Shown: piece after piece, positions 37,962-47,989 of the stretch
Position numbering within the stretch: the first letter of the stretch is position 1
Layout of the letters: every line of letters starts with the position of its first letter
Virus record (IMG/VR): IMGVR_UViG_3300025687_000024
Span: 32,001-96,000 of that record
DNA: 64,000 nucleotides
Direction: 5' to 3' (one strand)
Source: a virus
Notes under the pieces: model-generated
What the model saw: the letters and a program-made list of their open reading frames with translations, nothing else
Database searches by the model: none
Told to the model about the DNA's origin: nothing
Translations under genes and position numbers: made by a program

Positions 37962-38638
37962 GCCTGAGCGCTCCCGCGATCGCTGCCCTGGTCTTCCGAG
38001 ACCACTTGGCGCAGTTCCCGCTCGCGGCGGACGCCTGTCGCGAGAACGCTGCCACCGGGGTAGCGCTCCATTGTGTGCCCGAGGCCTTCATCGAGGCGCT
38101 GTGCGCTGGGCTGGTGACCGCGGTGCAGCAGGTGCGTGTTCGCGGGGTGCTCACCGGCATCGCCATCCCCCCGGCAACGGCTTCCCCCGTCCCCTACACC
38201 CTGACGACCGTTCCCGCTGCGGCTTCCCAGTTCCTCGCGGCGCAGGGATGGACGGGTTCTGGCGCTGCGGGGGCAGTCGCTACCTTCATCACGTCCGTAC
38301 TGACGCACCTGGTGGCGACGTCCTGGCTTCAGCTCGCTCCCAGCAAGGTAGCGGGTACCGGGACCGCCCTTGTCTCCCTCGCATCGAACCCCACGCTGCA
38401 GGCCGAGCTGGAGACCCTGCTGCAAGGGACCCTCCCTGCAGCGTTCACTGCAGCAGGGGTCTTCGGGGAAGGCGATGTCCCGGGTGCCCCCGTCAATGCT
38501 ACTCTGGCAGCGCAGCTGCCCAACTACGCCGCGGCCTACTCCATGGCGTTCGCCGGGATCGTGGCTTCGGTTCCCTACGTCGGCGGCACCGGCACCTCGG
38601 TCTTGGTTACAGAGCCCGTATCGGGCAGCATCTTGTAG
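37958..38638 (+). CDS. Ala/Gly-rich virion protein
   Basis: ATGA overlap, follows the spike gene. Confidence 0.55.
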   Translation: MSLSAPAIAALVFRDHLAQFPLAADACRENAATGVALHCVPEAFIEALCAGLVTAVQQVRVRGVLTGIAIPPATASPVPYTLTTVPAAASQFLAAQGWTGSGAAGAVATFITSVLTHLVATSWLQLAPSKVAGTGTALVSLASNPTLQAELETLLQGTLPAAFTAAGVFGEGDVPGAPVNATLAAQLPNYAAAYSMAFAGIVASVPYVGGTGTSVLVTEPVSGSIL

Positions 38639-38646
38639 GAGAGCGC

Positions 38647-39852
38647 GTGGCGAGTTGGGTTCAGTTCGAGACGATGCCGGAGCAGGCGTCCCAGATCGCG
38701 GCCGCGGTCGATGAAGGGCAGGCCGCACTGAGTACGGTGGCTACGGTGCTCGACGGCGTGGCTACGGTGCTCAACGTCATCTCGGCCTTCGCCGTGAGCG
38801 ACGTCAACGCGGCGCGCGCCATCTCCCTGGCTCTCGTAGCGCTCATCGACTCCTTGATCATGGATGTGCTCCAGAACAACGTGGGGCTCTGTCTCCACCT
38901 GAACCTGGAGTGGGATCCCGACTGGACCTACGACGAGTCCTGGCTGGAGAACTCCCAGCTTCCGTGGAAGGCCCGCGGGGTGACCAACTGGCTGGCCGAT
39001 GTCGCCGCCTCCACGCGGGATGAGTCGGACCCCCTGCGCCCCCTGACGGACGACGACACCTACGTGGGTGGCTTCATCCTGCTGCAGGGCGTCTCCAGCC
39101 ACGAGGAGCTCGAAGACCTCAAGGCGCTCTTCGACATGTTCACCAACATGTCCGCGTTCCGCGAGACGCTCGACACCTACGATCGCCTGGGGAACGTCAC
39201 CGAGGCCAACAAGCCCCTCACCAGGCTGGGCCCTGCCATGGCGAGCTCGCTCATGCACGCGCTGGTCTGTGACCCCGAGCAGGAGGGAGCAGCTGTGCTG
39301 GAGCAGATCGGGGCCACCACGGTCGAGGACTTCCTCCCTCTGCGAGGCAACTACCCGAAGTGGGCGTCGTTGCCCATGGCGGCCACGGTCCCTGCGATGA
39401 AGCAGCTCATCGACAAGCTGCGCCAGCTGCGCGAGTCCATCAAGCCCTCGCTGGACAAGGCCGAGCAGATCGCCCTGCTTGCCAGCCTCATCGCGAACAA
39501 GGCAGCTCTGCTCTCCGACTCGCTGGACGAGGTGGGGGAGCTGCTCGAGAGCATCGAGAGCCTGATCGCCTTCTTGCGCAGTGGAAACGTGCATTTCATC
39601 TGGATTCCCGACGACGAGCCAGGCGGGATGGCCAACTTCATCAACCGGGCCGTTACCGCCGAGAACCTGCCTGACTTCGGATCAGATGGTATTGTTGTGG
39701 GTGTCGTCGGTATCGTGACCGGAGATGATATGGCCAACCACATGCAGCGCTTCTGGGAGATGCTGGGCCTCCAAGCCGACGCTTTCGTCACCGGAACCGA
39801 CACCCTGGCTGCGAACATCGACGCGGCCTTCGCAGACATCTTCCCCGAGTAG
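38647..39852 (+). CDS. Hypothetical virion protein (helical, 401 aa)
   Basis: AGGAG RBS plus GTG at 38647. Amphipathic helices. Confidence 0.6.
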   Translation: MASWVQFETMPEQASQIAAAVDEGQAALSTVATVLDGVATVLNVISAFAVSDVNAARAISLALVALIDSLIMDVLQNNVGLCLHLNLEWDPDWTYDESWLENSQLPWKARGVTNWLADVAASTRDESDPLRPLTDDDTYVGGFILLQGVSSHEELEDLKALFDMFTNMSAFRETLDTYDRLGNVTEANKPLTRLGPAMASSLMHALVCDPEQEGAAVLEQIGATTVEDFLPLRGNYPKWASLPMAATVPAMKQLIDKLRQLRESIKPSLDKAEQIALLASLIANKAALLSDSLDEVGELLESIESLIAFLRSGNVHFIWIPDDEPGGMANFINRAVTAENLPDFGSDGIVVGVVGIVTGDDMANHMQRFWEMLGLQADAFVTGTDTLAANIDAAFADIFPE

Positions 39853-39862
39853 GAGCCCCTCC

Positions 39863-41881
39863 ATGTCTCACCAGCCCCTCTTCCACTCCGCTGAGATCAA
39901 GCTCGAGAAGCGCGCCAGCGGCTTCGGCCTCAAGCTGGAGGGCGATGCCGACGAGTGGCCCACGGAGATCACCAAGGGGGCCTACTCCCAGCTCCCGTAC
40001 CTGCACCAGACCCAGATCGATGTCGCTCTCGAGCGCGTCGACGAGGCCCGGGGCTACGCTATCGGCAAGCTCATGGCCTACCCTCCGGGCATGACCAAGA
40101 AGGCGGCGGCCAGCAACAAGCAGCTGCTCATCTTCCCCCTGGTCGTCCGGGAGCGGGAAGTGGCTCCCCTGGACGTGATGTTCCACAAGGGGGACGCGCA
40201 CTCGGTCAACGAGGAGAAGGTGGCCAGTGCTCTGCAGAACCCCGACGTGTTCGCCGGCACGGCCAAGCCCGACAGGTTCAAGGGCACCGACATCGGCAGC
40301 CAGATGCAGCCCCCGACGAATCAGGGGTCGCCCGATGCCAGCTCGGTCATCAAGACGGGCTCCGTGCTGCTGGAGAAGGTGGCTTCGACGCTCCGTGCAG
40401 CCGACGTGGAGCGGTTCAGGGCCCAGCTCCGCGAGGACACCCCGGTGCGCGCGGCGCTCCTGCAGGATGGGGAGATGCGGCAGTCCCTCCTGTCCCTCAC
40501 CACGGCCAAGGAGAAGACCGCGGCCGAGGTCGGGCAGCTGCGGCGCGCGCTGACCCGCCCCACGGTGGTCCAGCTCCGGGAGCACGGGATGGGCTACAAG
40601 GTCAAGACGGCCAACCACGCCTGCTTCGCTCCCGTGGAGAACGAGATCACGCGCTTCGAGGCCGAGTCGATGCTCTCGGGCGAGAGCATGAAGGTGCTGC
40701 GCGAGCGCGGCTTCGTCACCTTCGCCACCGACGCGGTGGATACGGCGTCCAAGGTCAAGGTGGCCCAGGTCGCTGATCGCGTGGGGGTCTACACGACCTA
40801 CGCTGGGGGGAAGGAAGTGCAGGGTGTGGTGGTCCCCGCGGTGATGTCCATCGAGGGAGTCCCGATGAGCGGGCACATGTTCCTGGGCGGGAACGAGCAC
40901 GCGCTTCAGGAGAAGGTCGCCGGCGTGTTCGAAGCCGACCTCACGCTTCAGGGGGCGCACCCCCGCGGCCGCGGGGTCTTCGTGTACCAGGTCGGGCGTC
41001 AGGCCATCGCCACCGAGCCGGTGGACATCCAGCACGAGTACGAGCTCCCGGTCGGTGACGGCAAGACCAAGACCGCGTCGCTGCAGGCAGTCCGCCTCGG
41101 GTCCGGCCAGCCGGTGCGCATCACGCTGGTCCCGGGCATCGACAAGATCGCGGCCCTCGGGGGAGCCGAGGTGGCCGTGCCCGACTCCTTCGTCTTCGTG
41201 CCGCTGCGGGGCTCCCAGGTGGGCGTGGCGGAGGATCCACGCGACGTGGACGGGCGTGAGATGCTCAAGGTCGCCGGCGTGGACTCCGTGGAGCTGCTCT
41301 CCGACGGCGCCGCCTTCTCCCTGCGCGGGCAGAACGCGGCGTCCTTCCACGGGCAGTTCCTCTCCGAGTCCGGGGCCGAGTTCGCCCTCGGCGCCTTGGG
41401 CGTCCGGGGAAGCAGCGCCCGGCACTTCATCGAGAAGGCAGCGTCGGCCCAAGCCCCCGTGACGGTGCCCCACACGCGCCCCGTGGTCAAGGAGACCGAG
41501 CTGAAGGCGCGCACCATGATGAAGGTCGCCTCGGCCTTCCGCGAGGTGGACCGCGGGCTGCAGCGGAACCTGGTGCCCGAGCTGGCCGTTCTGCGGCGTC
41601 AGCCGTCCGAGCACTCCTCGCTCTCCAAGCATGCCTCTGTCATCATCGACCGCGAGACGGCGGACGCCATCCTCTCGCTCAACTTCGTGACCCCCGAGAA
41701 CGTGCAGGCCTACGTGGACGCCATCCCCCAGCTGGAGAAGGTCTCCAGCAAGCTGGCCGAGATCCTGGTGGCGTCCAGGCTCGGCATGGACGACGTACGG
41801 GAACAGGCGGCGCGCAACGCGCTGAGGAACGTGGACGAGGTCCTCGACGGACTGCACGAGCTGAGGGCCAAGACCCAGTAG
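39863..41881 (+). CDS. Large head/core protein rich in K-x-A sites (672 aa)
   Basis: AGGAG RBS. EKRAS, EKVAS (twice), EKTAA, VKTAN, EKVAG, TKTAS, DKIAA, LKVAG, EKAAS, MKVAS, SKHAS. Confidence 0.6.
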   Translation: MSHQPLFHSAEIKLEKRASGFGLKLEGDADEWPTEITKGAYSQLPYLHQTQIDVALERVDEARGYAIGKLMAYPPGMTKKAAASNKQLLIFPLVVREREVAPLDVMFHKGDAHSVNEEKVASALQNPDVFAGTAKPDRFKGTDIGSQMQPPTNQGSPDASSVIKTGSVLLEKVASTLRAADVERFRAQLREDTPVRAALLQDGEMRQSLLSLTTAKEKTAAEVGQLRRALTRPTVVQLREHGMGYKVKTANHACFAPVENEITRFEAESMLSGESMKVLRERGFVTFATDAVDTASKVKVAQVADRVGVYTTYAGGKEVQGVVVPAVMSIEGVPMSGHMFLGGNEHALQEKVAGVFEADLTLQGAHPRGRGVFVYQVGRQAIATEPVDIQHEYELPVGDGKTKTASLQAVRLGSGQPVRITLVPGIDKIAALGGAEVAVPDSFVFVPLRGSQVGVAEDPRDVDGREMLKVAGVDSVELLSDGAAFSLRGQNAASFHGQFLSESGAEFALGALGVRGSSARHFIEKAASAQAPVTVPHTRPVVKETELKARTMMKVASAFREVDRGLQRNLVPELAVLRRQPSEHSSLSKHASVIIDRETADAILSLNFVTPENVQAYVDAIPQLEKVSSKLAEILVASRLGMDDVREQAARNALRNVDEVLDGLHELRAKTQ

Positions 41882-41888
41882 GCCGCCC

Positions 41889-42773
41889 TTGAAGTACCCC
41901 CACCGCCTCTACTTGGTCTACCTTCTGACCAAGAAGATGACCGTCTACGACGTGCAGCAGGCCTGCACGGCGCGGGAGCTGGTACCTCCGAACGAGGACG
42001 TGCTGCGTGAGATGGCCGAGGGGTTGGGGAGTGTGCCGAAGGCCTGGCGCGCCTCGCTCAAGGGGGCGCCCGCGTCCTTCCGTCGGTGGCTGCGCCAGCA
42101 AGGGGTGCTGGCTCTGTGGAAGGACACGGGGACGGTCCAAGAGGCGAAGGACTTCCTGTTCCGGGGGCAGGTGCGCAAGGACTTCGAGGGGCTGATGCTC
42201 ATGCGGGGTGACGCGGAGGCGGCGCGCACCGAGCTGCTGGTGAAGTACCCCGAGAGCTACGTACCGGACCTCCCTGTGCTCGAGCTCTTCTGCGAGTACT
42301 TCTGGAACCTCGGGGCGCTGACTGCCCGGGAGCTGTTCGAGTACCTGCAGGTGGCCCAGAACCGGGACGAGCTGGTGGCGGCAGCCAAGGGCGACTTGGC
42401 TACCACCTACGGCAAGCTCGGGCTGCGAGAGCGCGTCTCCAAGGAGAACTTCCTCGACAACGTCATCGCGTTGGCCAACCAGCAGGTGGTCGAAGCGCGC
42501 AAGGTGGGCGGCGCCTTGTCCGGGGCGACTCTCATGGGCTTGGCAGCGATCAGCCGCCAGGGTATCGACGCCATGCGTGAGCGCGACGAGATGGACCAGC
42601 TGTCGGAGGGCAACGACGAGGACCTCCGCGAGAAGGCGTTGGCCTTCAAGCTGGGGAAGATCGAAGCGCCTGCGCGTTTCCCCACTATCGATGAACTCAG
42701 CAGTGACCCCCTACAGGGAGCCGAAGATGTGCCCAACGAGCGCGGACACCTACGCCTCATCGAGGGTTCGTAG
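41889..42773 (+). CDS. Hypothetical protein (possibly terminase small subunit-related)
   Basis: 294 aa helical protein upstream of the terminase gene. Function inferred from position only. Confidence 0.45.
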   Translation: MKYPHRLYLVYLLTKKMTVYDVQQACTARELVPPNEDVLREMAEGLGSVPKAWRASLKGAPASFRRWLRQQGVLALWKDTGTVQEAKDFLFRGQVRKDFEGLMLMRGDAEAARTELLVKYPESYVPDLPVLELFCEYFWNLGALTARELFEYLQVAQNRDELVAAAKGDLATTYGKLGLRERVSKENFLDNVIALANQQVVEARKVGGALSGATLMGLAAISRQGIDAMRERDEMDQLSEGNDEDLREKALAFKLGKIEAPARFPTIDELSSDPLQGAEDVPNERGHLRLIEGS

Positions 42774-43242
42774 CCCTCTCGCCCTCACCTTCACCCACCG
42801 CGACTACGAGACGTTTCACGTCGAGTACGTCGTGCAGGGGAAGGACTTCATCTACCACTTCTGGCCGGCAGAGGGGCGCGATGCGTTCTGCCCCAACTTC
42901 CACCGGATCCTCGAGGACGGGTTCAAGGAGGTCCTACCCGAGTCCGCGCAGGTCGCTGCGGAGTTCTTCGACAAGGTGGACTGCGCCCGCAACGAGCTGA
43001 TGCGATCGGACAAGGCCATCTTCGTCCCGATGCCCAGCTTCTACGTCCGCGTGATAGGATGGGCCGGTAAGCCCATGGCAGACCAGTTCCTCACCACGAC
43101 GGTCTTCGAGTTCGTCAACAACAAGGCCCGGGAGCTCACCGATGATCATCAGCCGGAAGTTCGACAGCTACAAGGCGCTGACCCAGGCCCTCAACGGGCA
43201 GCTGATCGCCGAAGGCACCGGCGGCGTCCTCGCCGCCGCTGA
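42727..43242 (+). CDS. Hypothetical protein (boundaries uncertain)
   Basis: Protein-like core DYETFHVEYVVQGKDFIYHFWP. Overlaps both neighbours. Confidence 0.45.
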   Translation: MCPTSADTYASSRVRSPLALTFTHRDYETFHVEYVVQGKDFIYHFWPAEGRDAFCPNFHRILEDGFKEVLPESAQVAAEFFDKVDCARNELMRSDKAIFVPMPSFYVRVIGWAGKPMADQFLTTTVFEFVNNKARELTDDHQPEVRQLQGADPGPQRAADRRRHRRRPRRR

Positions 43243-43540
43243 CGAGACCTTCACCGACGCCGAGGCCACCTTCGAGGCAGACCTCGTGGCGGCGGGAGAT
43301 GTGCTGTACATCGGGGGGTCCGACGGCGAGGCGGGGGTAGGCACCTTCGCGGTTGACTCGGTCACCGATGAGACCAACCTGGAGATGACCGAGGTGGGCG
43401 GCGTCGACCGTACCGGCCTGTCTTGGCGCATCTGCCGGAACCCCATCGCCATGGACGACGTGCACTTCCTGGGGCAGTGTGCCCAGTCGCTCAAGTGGGT
43501 GCTCATCTACGAGACCGACACCTTCTACGTCAGCGGGTAG
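43142..43540 (+). CDS. Small virion protein carrying the tail beta module
   Basis: TFTDAEATFEADLVAAGDVLYI...VDSVTDETNL resembles modules in the baseplate and sheath proteins. Confidence 0.55.
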   Translation: MIISRKFDSYKALTQALNGQLIAEGTGGVLAAADETFTDAEATFEADLVAAGDVLYIGGSDGEAGVGTFAVDSVTDETNLEMTEVGGVDRTGLSWRICRNPIAMDDVHFLGQCAQSLKWVLIYETDTFYVSG

Positions 43541-43834
43541 TCAGCGCTTCCGCTTCGGGCTGTGCATAGGCCTTGGCGTCTCGTCCTCGTCGTCTTCCTC
43601 GTCCTCGCTCTTCTCGGGCTTCGCCCACCAGGTGATCTCGATCTGGGCAACGACGGGGTACTCCTCCCCCGCGTGGTAGAAGGACACGCCGACTCCGAGC
43701 TCGACGAATCGGGCTTCCACCCCCACCCGACCGGGGGCGTTCCGCTTCACCCAGTCCTTGGCGAAGCGTCGCATGGCGACGTCCTTCATGTCCCCCGAGT
43801 TCTGCCGAGCTACGGGGATCAGTACCTTGGTCAC
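43541..43834 (-). CDS. Hypothetical protein (start uncertain)
   Basis: Convergent small ORF filling the gap before the terminase gene, with an acidic then basic tail. Confidence 0.4.
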   Translation of the reverse strand: MTKVLIPVARQNSGDMKDVAMRRFAKDWVKRNAPGRVGVEARFVELGVGVSFYHAGEEYPVVAQIEITWWAKPEKSEDEEDDEDETPRPMHSPKRKR

Positions 43835-43933
43835 GTCATCTTCGGTGGTCTGCTCGCAGTGAGGTAGGATGCGTCCACCGGAGACAGAGGCCAGGCTACG
43901 GAGTAGACTATCGAGCTGCACGAGGTTCCCTGC

Positions 43934-45631
43934 ATGAGTACAGCGGCCGCCGAGAAGTACGACGCCCTGGAGTTCTCGCCCTACGAGTTCACGGAGTTCG
44001 CGATTCGGCTGAAGGGCGAGCCCATCGACTTGTCGCGTCGTCCGTGGCTCCAGGGCATCTACACCATACCCATCAGGCACTTTCCCGGCGAAGAAATCAT
44101 GCGCCGGAAGCTGATGCTCATGTTCGGGCGCCAGTCCGAGAAGTCAACGACTCTCGGGAACGCTCTGATTTCCTACTCCAACCTCATCCCCTACCTGCGC
44201 TCGCTCTACGTCACGGCATCCAACGTGCAGATGCGTGAGTTCTCTGACGAGCGCCTCCGCGCCGTAGTGCAGGACAGCCCGGTGTTGATGCGCCTGGCGG
44301 GGATGACCGGCCCTGGCGTCCGCCACACGCAGAACGTCCTGACGAAGCGCTGGAGGAACTTCTCCAAGATCACGCTGCGCTCGGTGTACAAGAACGCCGA
44401 CCGTGCTCGCGGTATCCCGGCCGACCTGCTGTGCATCGACGAGATTCAGGACATCCACATCGACGACCTCCCGGTCATCGAGGAGACGCTCTTCCACTGC
44501 GAACTGGACGACGGGCCGATCTCGGTCTACTCCGGCACGCCCAAGACGTTCGACAACCCCATCGAGGAGTACTGGGGGAGGTTCTCGACCCAGAACGAGT
44601 GGCTTCCTCGCTGCAGCTGTGGCGAGTGGGTCCTCCCGGACATGCGCAACATCGGAGAGCGGGGCCTCATCTGCCACCACTGCAGCCGTGAGCTCAATCC
44701 GGTGGACGGCGTGGCGCAGTGGGTCACCTACGGCAGGCAGAGTGCCGAGTGGGAAGGGTTCCACCTCTGTCAGCCCATCGTCGTCTACGCGTACAAGAAC
44801 AAGCCCCGGGTGTTCAACCGGCTCTGGCAGGAGATCCTCCAGAAGAAGAAGCGCTACCCCCGTCCCCGTTTCATGAACGAGGTCATGGGGCGCAGCTACG
44901 ATGCAGGCACCAAGCCGGTCACGCTCGATGAGGTTCGGCGTTGCTGCCTCAGCGAGTACGACTGCGTCTACGAGCCTGACCGGCGTATCCAGTCTACGAA
45001 GACCTGGGCTGGCGTGGACTGGGGGACCGGCGACGCGTCCTACACGGTGCTCTCCATCTTCCGCTACGACTCCAAGGGAAGGTTCAGCCTGGTCTTCGCC
45101 AAGCGGTACGAAGGCGAAGAGAGCGACGGCGACTACGCCGTGCGGGACATCGCCAACTGGTGCCGGCGCTTCAAGGTCAACCGGGTGGGGGCCGACTGGG
45201 GATTCGGCTTCGGCAGCAACGCCGAGCTGCGGCGCATTCTAGGCGCGGGGCAGGTGGTGCTGTTCAACCACGTGGGGAAGCAGAAGGAGAAGATCAAGGT
45301 CGACAAGCTCGGCGGGAAGTTCACTACGCACAGGTCCCGCGTACTCCAGGACGTCTTCACCCTCATCAAGAAGGGACCGCGTTCGGGGGGCATGGCCTTC
45401 TTCAACTGGGACGAGGCCGAGACCTTCATGAACGACATCCTGTGCGTGTCGATGGAGCTGTCGGAGACCAAGGGCGAGATCGTCTACAACCACCCGCGTG
45501 GGGTCCCCGACGACTTCCTCCACACGGTCTGCTACGCTCTTCTGGTGAGCCAGTTCGATGTCCGCCGGCCCGACCTGCACGCCCCGGACCCGGCTACGGA
45601 CTTCACTCGATCACGGCGGCGGAAGCGCTGA
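43934..45631 (+). CDS. Terminase large subunit (lambda GpA-like)
   Basis: GRQSEKST, RGIPADLLCIDE, SGTP, C.C...C..C, GVDWG, ADWGFG, PDDFLH. Confidence 0.85.
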   Translation: MSTAAAEKYDALEFSPYEFTEFAIRLKGEPIDLSRRPWLQGIYTIPIRHFPGEEIMRRKLMLMFGRQSEKSTTLGNALISYSNLIPYLRSLYVTASNVQMREFSDERLRAVVQDSPVLMRLAGMTGPGVRHTQNVLTKRWRNFSKITLRSVYKNADRARGIPADLLCIDEIQDIHIDDLPVIEETLFHCELDDGPISVYSGTPKTFDNPIEEYWGRFSTQNEWLPRCSCGEWVLPDMRNIGERGLICHHCSRELNPVDGVAQWVTYGRQSAEWEGFHLCQPIVVYAYKNKPRVFNRLWQEILQKKKRYPRPRFMNEVMGRSYDAGTKPVTLDEVRRCCLSEYDCVYEPDRRIQSTKTWAGVDWGTGDASYTVLSIFRYDSKGRFSLVFAKRYEGEESDGDYAVRDIANWCRRFKVNRVGADWGFGFGSNAELRRILGAGQVVLFNHVGKQKEKIKVDKLGGKFTTHRSRVLQDVFTLIKKGPRSGGMAFFNWDEAETFMNDILCVSMELSETKGEIVYNHPRGVPDDFLHTVCYALLVSQFDVRRPDLHAPDPATDFTRSRRRKR

Positions 45632-45637
45632 GAGGGC

Positions 45638-45662
45638 AAAAGAAGAAGGGGGTGTCCCCCTT
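45638..45662 (-). terminator. Intrinsic terminator for the leftward transcript
   Basis: Minus strand AAGGGGG-ACA-CCCCCTT followed by CTTCTTTT. Confidence 0.6.
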
Positions 45663-45689
45663 GCTTCCTGTGCCCCCCTCGGAGTACGC

Positions 45690-45760
45690 GCTCCGGTGAG
45701 TCCCTACGACCGCCCGTGAGGTGCTGCCTCTTGGGGATGGGTCTGCGGACTCACCGGAGC
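45690..45760. repeat. 14-bp perfect inverted repeat closing a 71-nt stem-loop
   Basis: GCTCCGGTGAGTCC...GGACTCACCGGAGC, with inner pairings GACC/GGTC, CCC/GGG and GAGG/CCTC. Confidence 0.65.
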
Positions 45761-45801
45761 CTCCTGTTCCGGGGGCTCTGTAGTGTGACGCTCGCCGAGT
45801 G

Positions 45802-46236
45802 CTACAGCGCCTGGAGCTCGGCCTGGGCCTCGGGGGCCTCCTCGGCCTTGGCGTTGGCCTTGGCCTTGCCGACCTTGGAGCCGACCGCGAAGCCGATGCC
45901 GCCGCCGATGACCAGCGCCGTGGCGCCGACCAGGTAGGTGGCGGGCTCGTTGCGGGGGGTCCAGGAGCGCTTGCCGTTCTTCCAGCGCTTCACGTCGCCC
46001 TCGGTGGGGACGATCTCGATGGCCTCGCCGGCCTTGAGCTCGGCGGGGATGCCCGTGGTGTTCTTCTTGTCGCTCATGTTGGAGTCTCCGTGGGTGGTCC
46101 CCTGGTTCTCGAGCAGATGGATGATGCGGTCCAGCTTCGCGACCGACTGCGGGAGCGCCCGCAGTGCGGCAGGAAGATGCTCCGCCATCAACCGATCCAC
46201 CTGGGCAGCCGGGGGGACGTTGGTCTTGTCGGACAT
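45802..46236 (-). CDS. Single-TM membrane protein
   Basis: GGAGG RBS. TM segment YLVGATALVIGGGIGFAVG. Possible second start at MSDKKN. Confidence 0.6.
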   Translation of the reverse strand: MSDKTNVPPAAQVDRLMAEHLPAALRALPQSVAKLDRIIHLLENQGTTHGDSNMSDKKNTTGIPAELKAGEAIEIVPTEGDVKRWKNGKRSWTPRNEPATYLVGATALVIGGGIGFAVGSKVGKAKANAKAEEAPEAQAELQAL

Positions 46237-46284
46237 GCTGCCTCCGTGCAGCTCGAGCGTGGGTGTTCTTCCTCGCTCACAGAG

Positions 46285-46312
46285 CTTATAGAGGCAAAGC
46301 GTTGATTTTTTT
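46285..46312 (-). promoter_or_regulatory. Candidate phage promoter A7-N16-ATAAG
   Basis: AAAAAAA-TCAACGCTTTGCCTCT-ATAAG in an intergenic gap. Confidence 0.55.
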
Positions 46313-47022
46313 CAGTTTTCCCGCGATTCCCCGTAGGCGCGGACGTAGCGCGCCACGAAGCGGTCGATCTCGGTTGGCGTCAGCTCGAGCTGCGCGTGCA
46401 GGCTGGTTGCAAGGGTCGCAGGCACCTCCGTAGCGACCACGGTGGAGGCGTGGAGCATTCCAAGCATGCGATCCCGGGCGCGGATGAGGCGCTGGTGCAG
46501 TGTGTCCAGTCCGTGCTCGGGAAAGGCGTCCTGGTGCTCGACCCAGGTGACCATGCGCTTCACCAGGTCGAAGAGCGGAGCCCACGCAGTAGGTCCCACC
46601 GCGTCGCAGAGCGTCGTGATCTCCTCTTCGGTCAAGGAGAGCATCTCGTCAGCCACCTCGGCTATGCGCCGGGTAGCCCAGCCTGGCTTGGCCAAGTCGT
46701 CGAGGTACAGCGCGCGGAGAGTCAACAGCTCGGCCTCGTCTCGGTTTCTGGCTGGGGCGCCGACGCCGAGGCCGAGCTTGATGACTTCGACCTCCGACTG
46801 GAGCTTGGCGACCATCTGCTCGAGCCGGCGGAACTCCACCCGGCTCGGAGCAACCCCCTTGGTCTTGCTGTCGTACAGGTTGTGCACGTCGGCTTTGGGG
46901 ATCCAGACCTTCCCTGCGTGCGGTACACGTCGCAGAAGGCCCTCGCTCAAGTAGTTGGTCACCTGCCTGGGTGTTACTCCCAGGACAGACGCCGCTCCGT
47001 TCTTGTCGTAGAATCCTTCCAT
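46312..47022 (-). CDS. MerR/excisionase-type HTH DNA-binding protein
   Basis: AASVLGVTPRQVTNYLSEGLL...GKVWIPKADV followed by a coiled coil. Confidence 0.7.
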   Translation of the reverse strand: MEGFYDKNGAASVLGVTPRQVTNYLSEGLLRRVPHAGKVWIPKADVHNLYDSKTKGVAPSRVEFRRLEQMVAKLQSEVEVIKLGLGVGAPARNRDEAELLTLRALYLDDLAKPGWATRRIAEVADEMLSLTEEEITTLCDAVGPTAWAPLFDLVKRMVTWVEHQDAFPEHGLDTLHQRLIRARDRMLGMLHASTVVATEVPATLATSLHAQLELTPTEIDRFVARYVRAYGESREN

Positions 47023-47065
47023 GGACCGACGATAACACGAAGCTCGGGTCACTCACAGAGCCCCG

Positions 47066-47095
47066 TTGACGTAAAATCCAGTCGGCCACTACACT
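47066..47095 (+). promoter_or_regulatory. sigma70-like promoter of the head operon
   Basis: TTGACG-N18-TACACT immediately before the GGAG RBS of 47105. Confidence 0.55.
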
Positions 47096-47104
47096 GGAGA
47101 CACC

Positions 47105-47989
47105 ATGCAGGACTTCCTCACCAAGCTCGCCGAGGGCACCACCGGCGGGACTACCTCCGAGCATCTCTCCCTGTTGGGCAAGCGAGCGGCCAGTCGCTTC
47201 ATGACCAAGGAGGCGGACTCGCTGAGTGCGGCTGTGCGGAGCGTGGTCGGCGAGGAATCGCTGAACCGTGACCAGGTGGAGCGCGTCACCCAGGCCGCAA
47301 ACCAGGCTGCCTGGCGCGGACTGTTCCACGAGGGTGAGCAGGACCCCAACATCGAATTCTCCCCGGCCAAGATCGACGAGGTGATCCAGCAGCCCGAGGC
47401 TTCGCCGGCTCCCCTTCAGCAGAGCATGGACTTCCTGGAGCCCCCGGTGGGGGAGCAGCTGCCGTCGGATGTCTCTCTGGAGGAGGCCTTCGGGGTGGAC
47501 AAGACGGCCTCCCAGGACGAGTACCCCGAGCTCAACCCCGCGGCCGGGGCGGCGGCGCTGCACACCAAGACGGCTGCGGCGGAAGGCTTCCTGCGCTCTG
47601 ACGCGGACCGGCTGGAGATCGAGGTGGGGCGCCTCGAGGACACCTTCTACGAGCTGGTCAAGCAGGCGCACCTGCAGCACGGGCACGGCATCCTCCAGAT
47701 CGCCGGCGCCGTCGGTGAGATCTGCGAGGAGCCCCCCTTCGCTCGGGCGGCCATGGAGAAGGTGGCCCAGCGTCTTCAGCGCAACGGGGTGATCATCAAC
47801 CGCGCCAGCGAGATGCAGAAGCTCGCGATGGCGGTCACGGTCGATACCGAGCACCCCATCCTGACCACCTACGCCTCTCTCGAGAAGACCGCGCATGCGG
47901 CTCGGGTGGCGCGCAGCGCGGCCCAGCAGGCCGCCGACGCCCGCAAGCTCTCCGGAGACTACCTGCGGGACAAGCTCAGGACGGCCTGA
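47105..47989 (+). CDS. Head/core protein with K-x-A sites
   Basis: TKLAE, DKTAS, TKTAA, EKVAQ, QKLAM, EKTAH. Confidence 0.6.
   Translation: MQDFLTKLAEGTTGGTTSEHLSLLGKRAASRFMTKEADSLSAAVRSVVGEESLNRDQVERVTQAANQAAWRGLFHEGEQDPNIEFSPAKIDEVIQQPEASPAPLQQSMDFLEPPVGEQLPSDVSLEEAFGVDKTASQDEYPELNPAAGAAALHTKTAAAEGFLRSDADRLEIEVGRLEDTFYELVKQAHLQHGHGILQIAGAVGEICEEPPFARAAMEKVAQRLQRNGVIINRASEMQKLAMAVTVDTEHPILTTYASLEKTAHAARVARSAAQQAADARKLSGDYLRDKLRTA

Noticed and set aside
46312-47022. Excisionase implying a prophage boundary
   Set aside because: No integrase, att site or host genes in the window. Treated as a generic HTH regulator.
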